DNA of 64,000 bases from Candidatus Micrarchaeota archaeon. GTDB taxonomy: Archaea; Iainarchaeota; Iainarchaeia; Iainarchaeales; JAGVWC01. The notes below the pieces were generated by a model. The model made no database searches, was not told where the DNA came from, and was given only the letters and a program-made list of their open reading frames with translations. The DNA lies in NCBI GenBank assembly GCA_043803815.1, contig JAZDJR010000018.1, positions 1 through 64,000 on the forward strand, written 5' to 3'. This document shows, piece after piece, positions 63,330 to 64,000 of this stretch (within the stretch, counting starts at the first letter, position 1; each line of letters starts with the position of its first letter). The position numbers and the translations under genes are program-made.

Positions 63330-63818
63330 TTCGCTTGGATTGCGGACCTTGGCTATTTTTTTGGTTAAAAAATACCAGACCGCGAGGATTAACACCGCGG
63401 TTGAAATCCAACTCGCGGTATGAACAATGTCCGCGGTTGCGATTCCATAGTGTTTTCCCATCCACAAGACAACATACAGGCGAAGCAGGTTCAGCACAAA
63501 CAATACGAACCCGCAGGCAATCCACAGCTTGAGCTTGGTTTTCAAATCGGGTTTTTTTACTGCAAAAATGACGGCGGCCAGTATTGCTGCGCTGGCAAGG
63601 CCCGTGCACTGGTTGTCGATTTGAAAAACGCCGCTTGGAACAAGGATTTGGTTTTGGGCAAACGGCAGGTTAAGCAGGCCGGCTTCAAAGGATGCAAGCG
63701 AATCGTTCAGCCGGGAAAAATCCGCGATTACAATCAGGAATTGAAGCAAAAAATAAACCAAAAAGAATTTGGCTAAAAAAAGCAGGAGTATTTTTTGTTT
63801 TTTGGAAAAAAATTGCAT
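63318..63818 (-). CDS. Archaeosortase/exosortase-family protein
   Basis: I...CTG, NLLRL and H catalytic Cys-Arg-His pattern in a multi-TM protein. Confidence 0.87.
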   Translation of the reverse strand: MQFFSKKQKILLLFLAKFFLVYFLLQFLIVIADFSRLNDSLASFEAGLLNLPFAQNQILVPSGVFQIDNQCTGLASAAILAAVIFAVKKPDLKTKLKLWIACGFVLFVLNLLRLYVVLWMGKHYGIATADIVHTASWISTAVLILAVWYFLTKKIAKVRNPSELVE

Positions 63819-63857
63819 TACACACTATTGAACCCAAATTATAAAATTCTTTGGGTT

Positions 63858-64000
63858 TTAGTCTGCGGACTTGTTTTTTTTGCCGAAATAATACTGGGCA
63901 AAGTCGGAAAACGCGGGGCGTGTAATCAATAATCCGACGGCAACGCCGGCAATCGTGGTTACCGCAAAGCCAACGAGTTTTCCAAGGCCGAATCCCAAAA
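63858..64000 (-). CDS. secD: Protein translocase SecD, partial (C-terminus only)
   Basis: Manual translation LGFGLGKLVGFAVTTIAGVAVGLLITRPAF matches the archaeal SecD C-terminal GFA.TT..G...G..ITRP pattern. Confidence 0.8.
   Translation of the reverse strand, partial: LGFGLGKLVGFAVTTIAGVAVGLLITRPAFSDFAQYYFGKKNKSAD

Noticed and set aside
1-64000. Numerous long antisense or alternate-frame ORFs (e.g. 4701-5459, 12467-13405, 20324-21280, 44959-45951, 57251-57859)
   Set aside because: They overlap well-supported genes, are F/S/L-rich mirrors of Lys-rich coding strands, and have no motifs.
1-64000. CRISPR array, transposase/IS, integrase, prophage, reverse transcriptase/DGR, rRNA
   Set aside because: No regularly spaced direct repeats, no matching protein motifs, no TR/VR pair and no rRNA-like sequence seen.

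Overview
Gene-dense archaeal chromosome segment, mostly core translation and transcription genes. It holds EF-1alpha/uS10, the uL3-uL15-SecY and uS13-uS4-uS11-RpoD-eL18-uL13-uS9-RpoN-uS2 superoperons, GluRS, the eL8(L7Ae)-eS28-eL24-NDK-aIF5B-eS6-aIF2gamma-RpoE-Spt4-eS24-eS31 block, t6A genes (Sua5, Kae1, Bud32), grpE-dnaK-dnaJ, uS15/eS1, CarS and a partial secD. Stripped-down operons, K/E/A-rich r-protein extensions and several bacterial-type enzymes suggest a DPANN archaeon, possibly Iainarchaeota/Diapherotrites (inference, not verified). Accessory content: three type II toxin-antitoxin pairs with palindromic operators, an archease...RtcB cluster, several nucleotide-pool enzymes including two fusions, a 1074-aa surface protein with five Cys-bracketed repeats, an archaeosortase-like protein, and an intron-containing tRNA-Leu(TAA). 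I saw no CRISPR array, transposase, prophage or rRNA, and no complete novel multi-gene system. Best leads: (i) AT-rich orphan kinase-like genes with Met-Pro-basic N-termini inserted into core operons; (ii) a wHTH regulator with a perfect operator palindrome and two micro-ORFs at grpE-dnaK; (iii) three structured r-protein leaders (L7Ae kink-turn, uS15, uL3); (iv) a duplicated motif in the uL24 tail; (v) an ORF split by one in-frame TAG. All assignments come from motif reading; no database searches were run.
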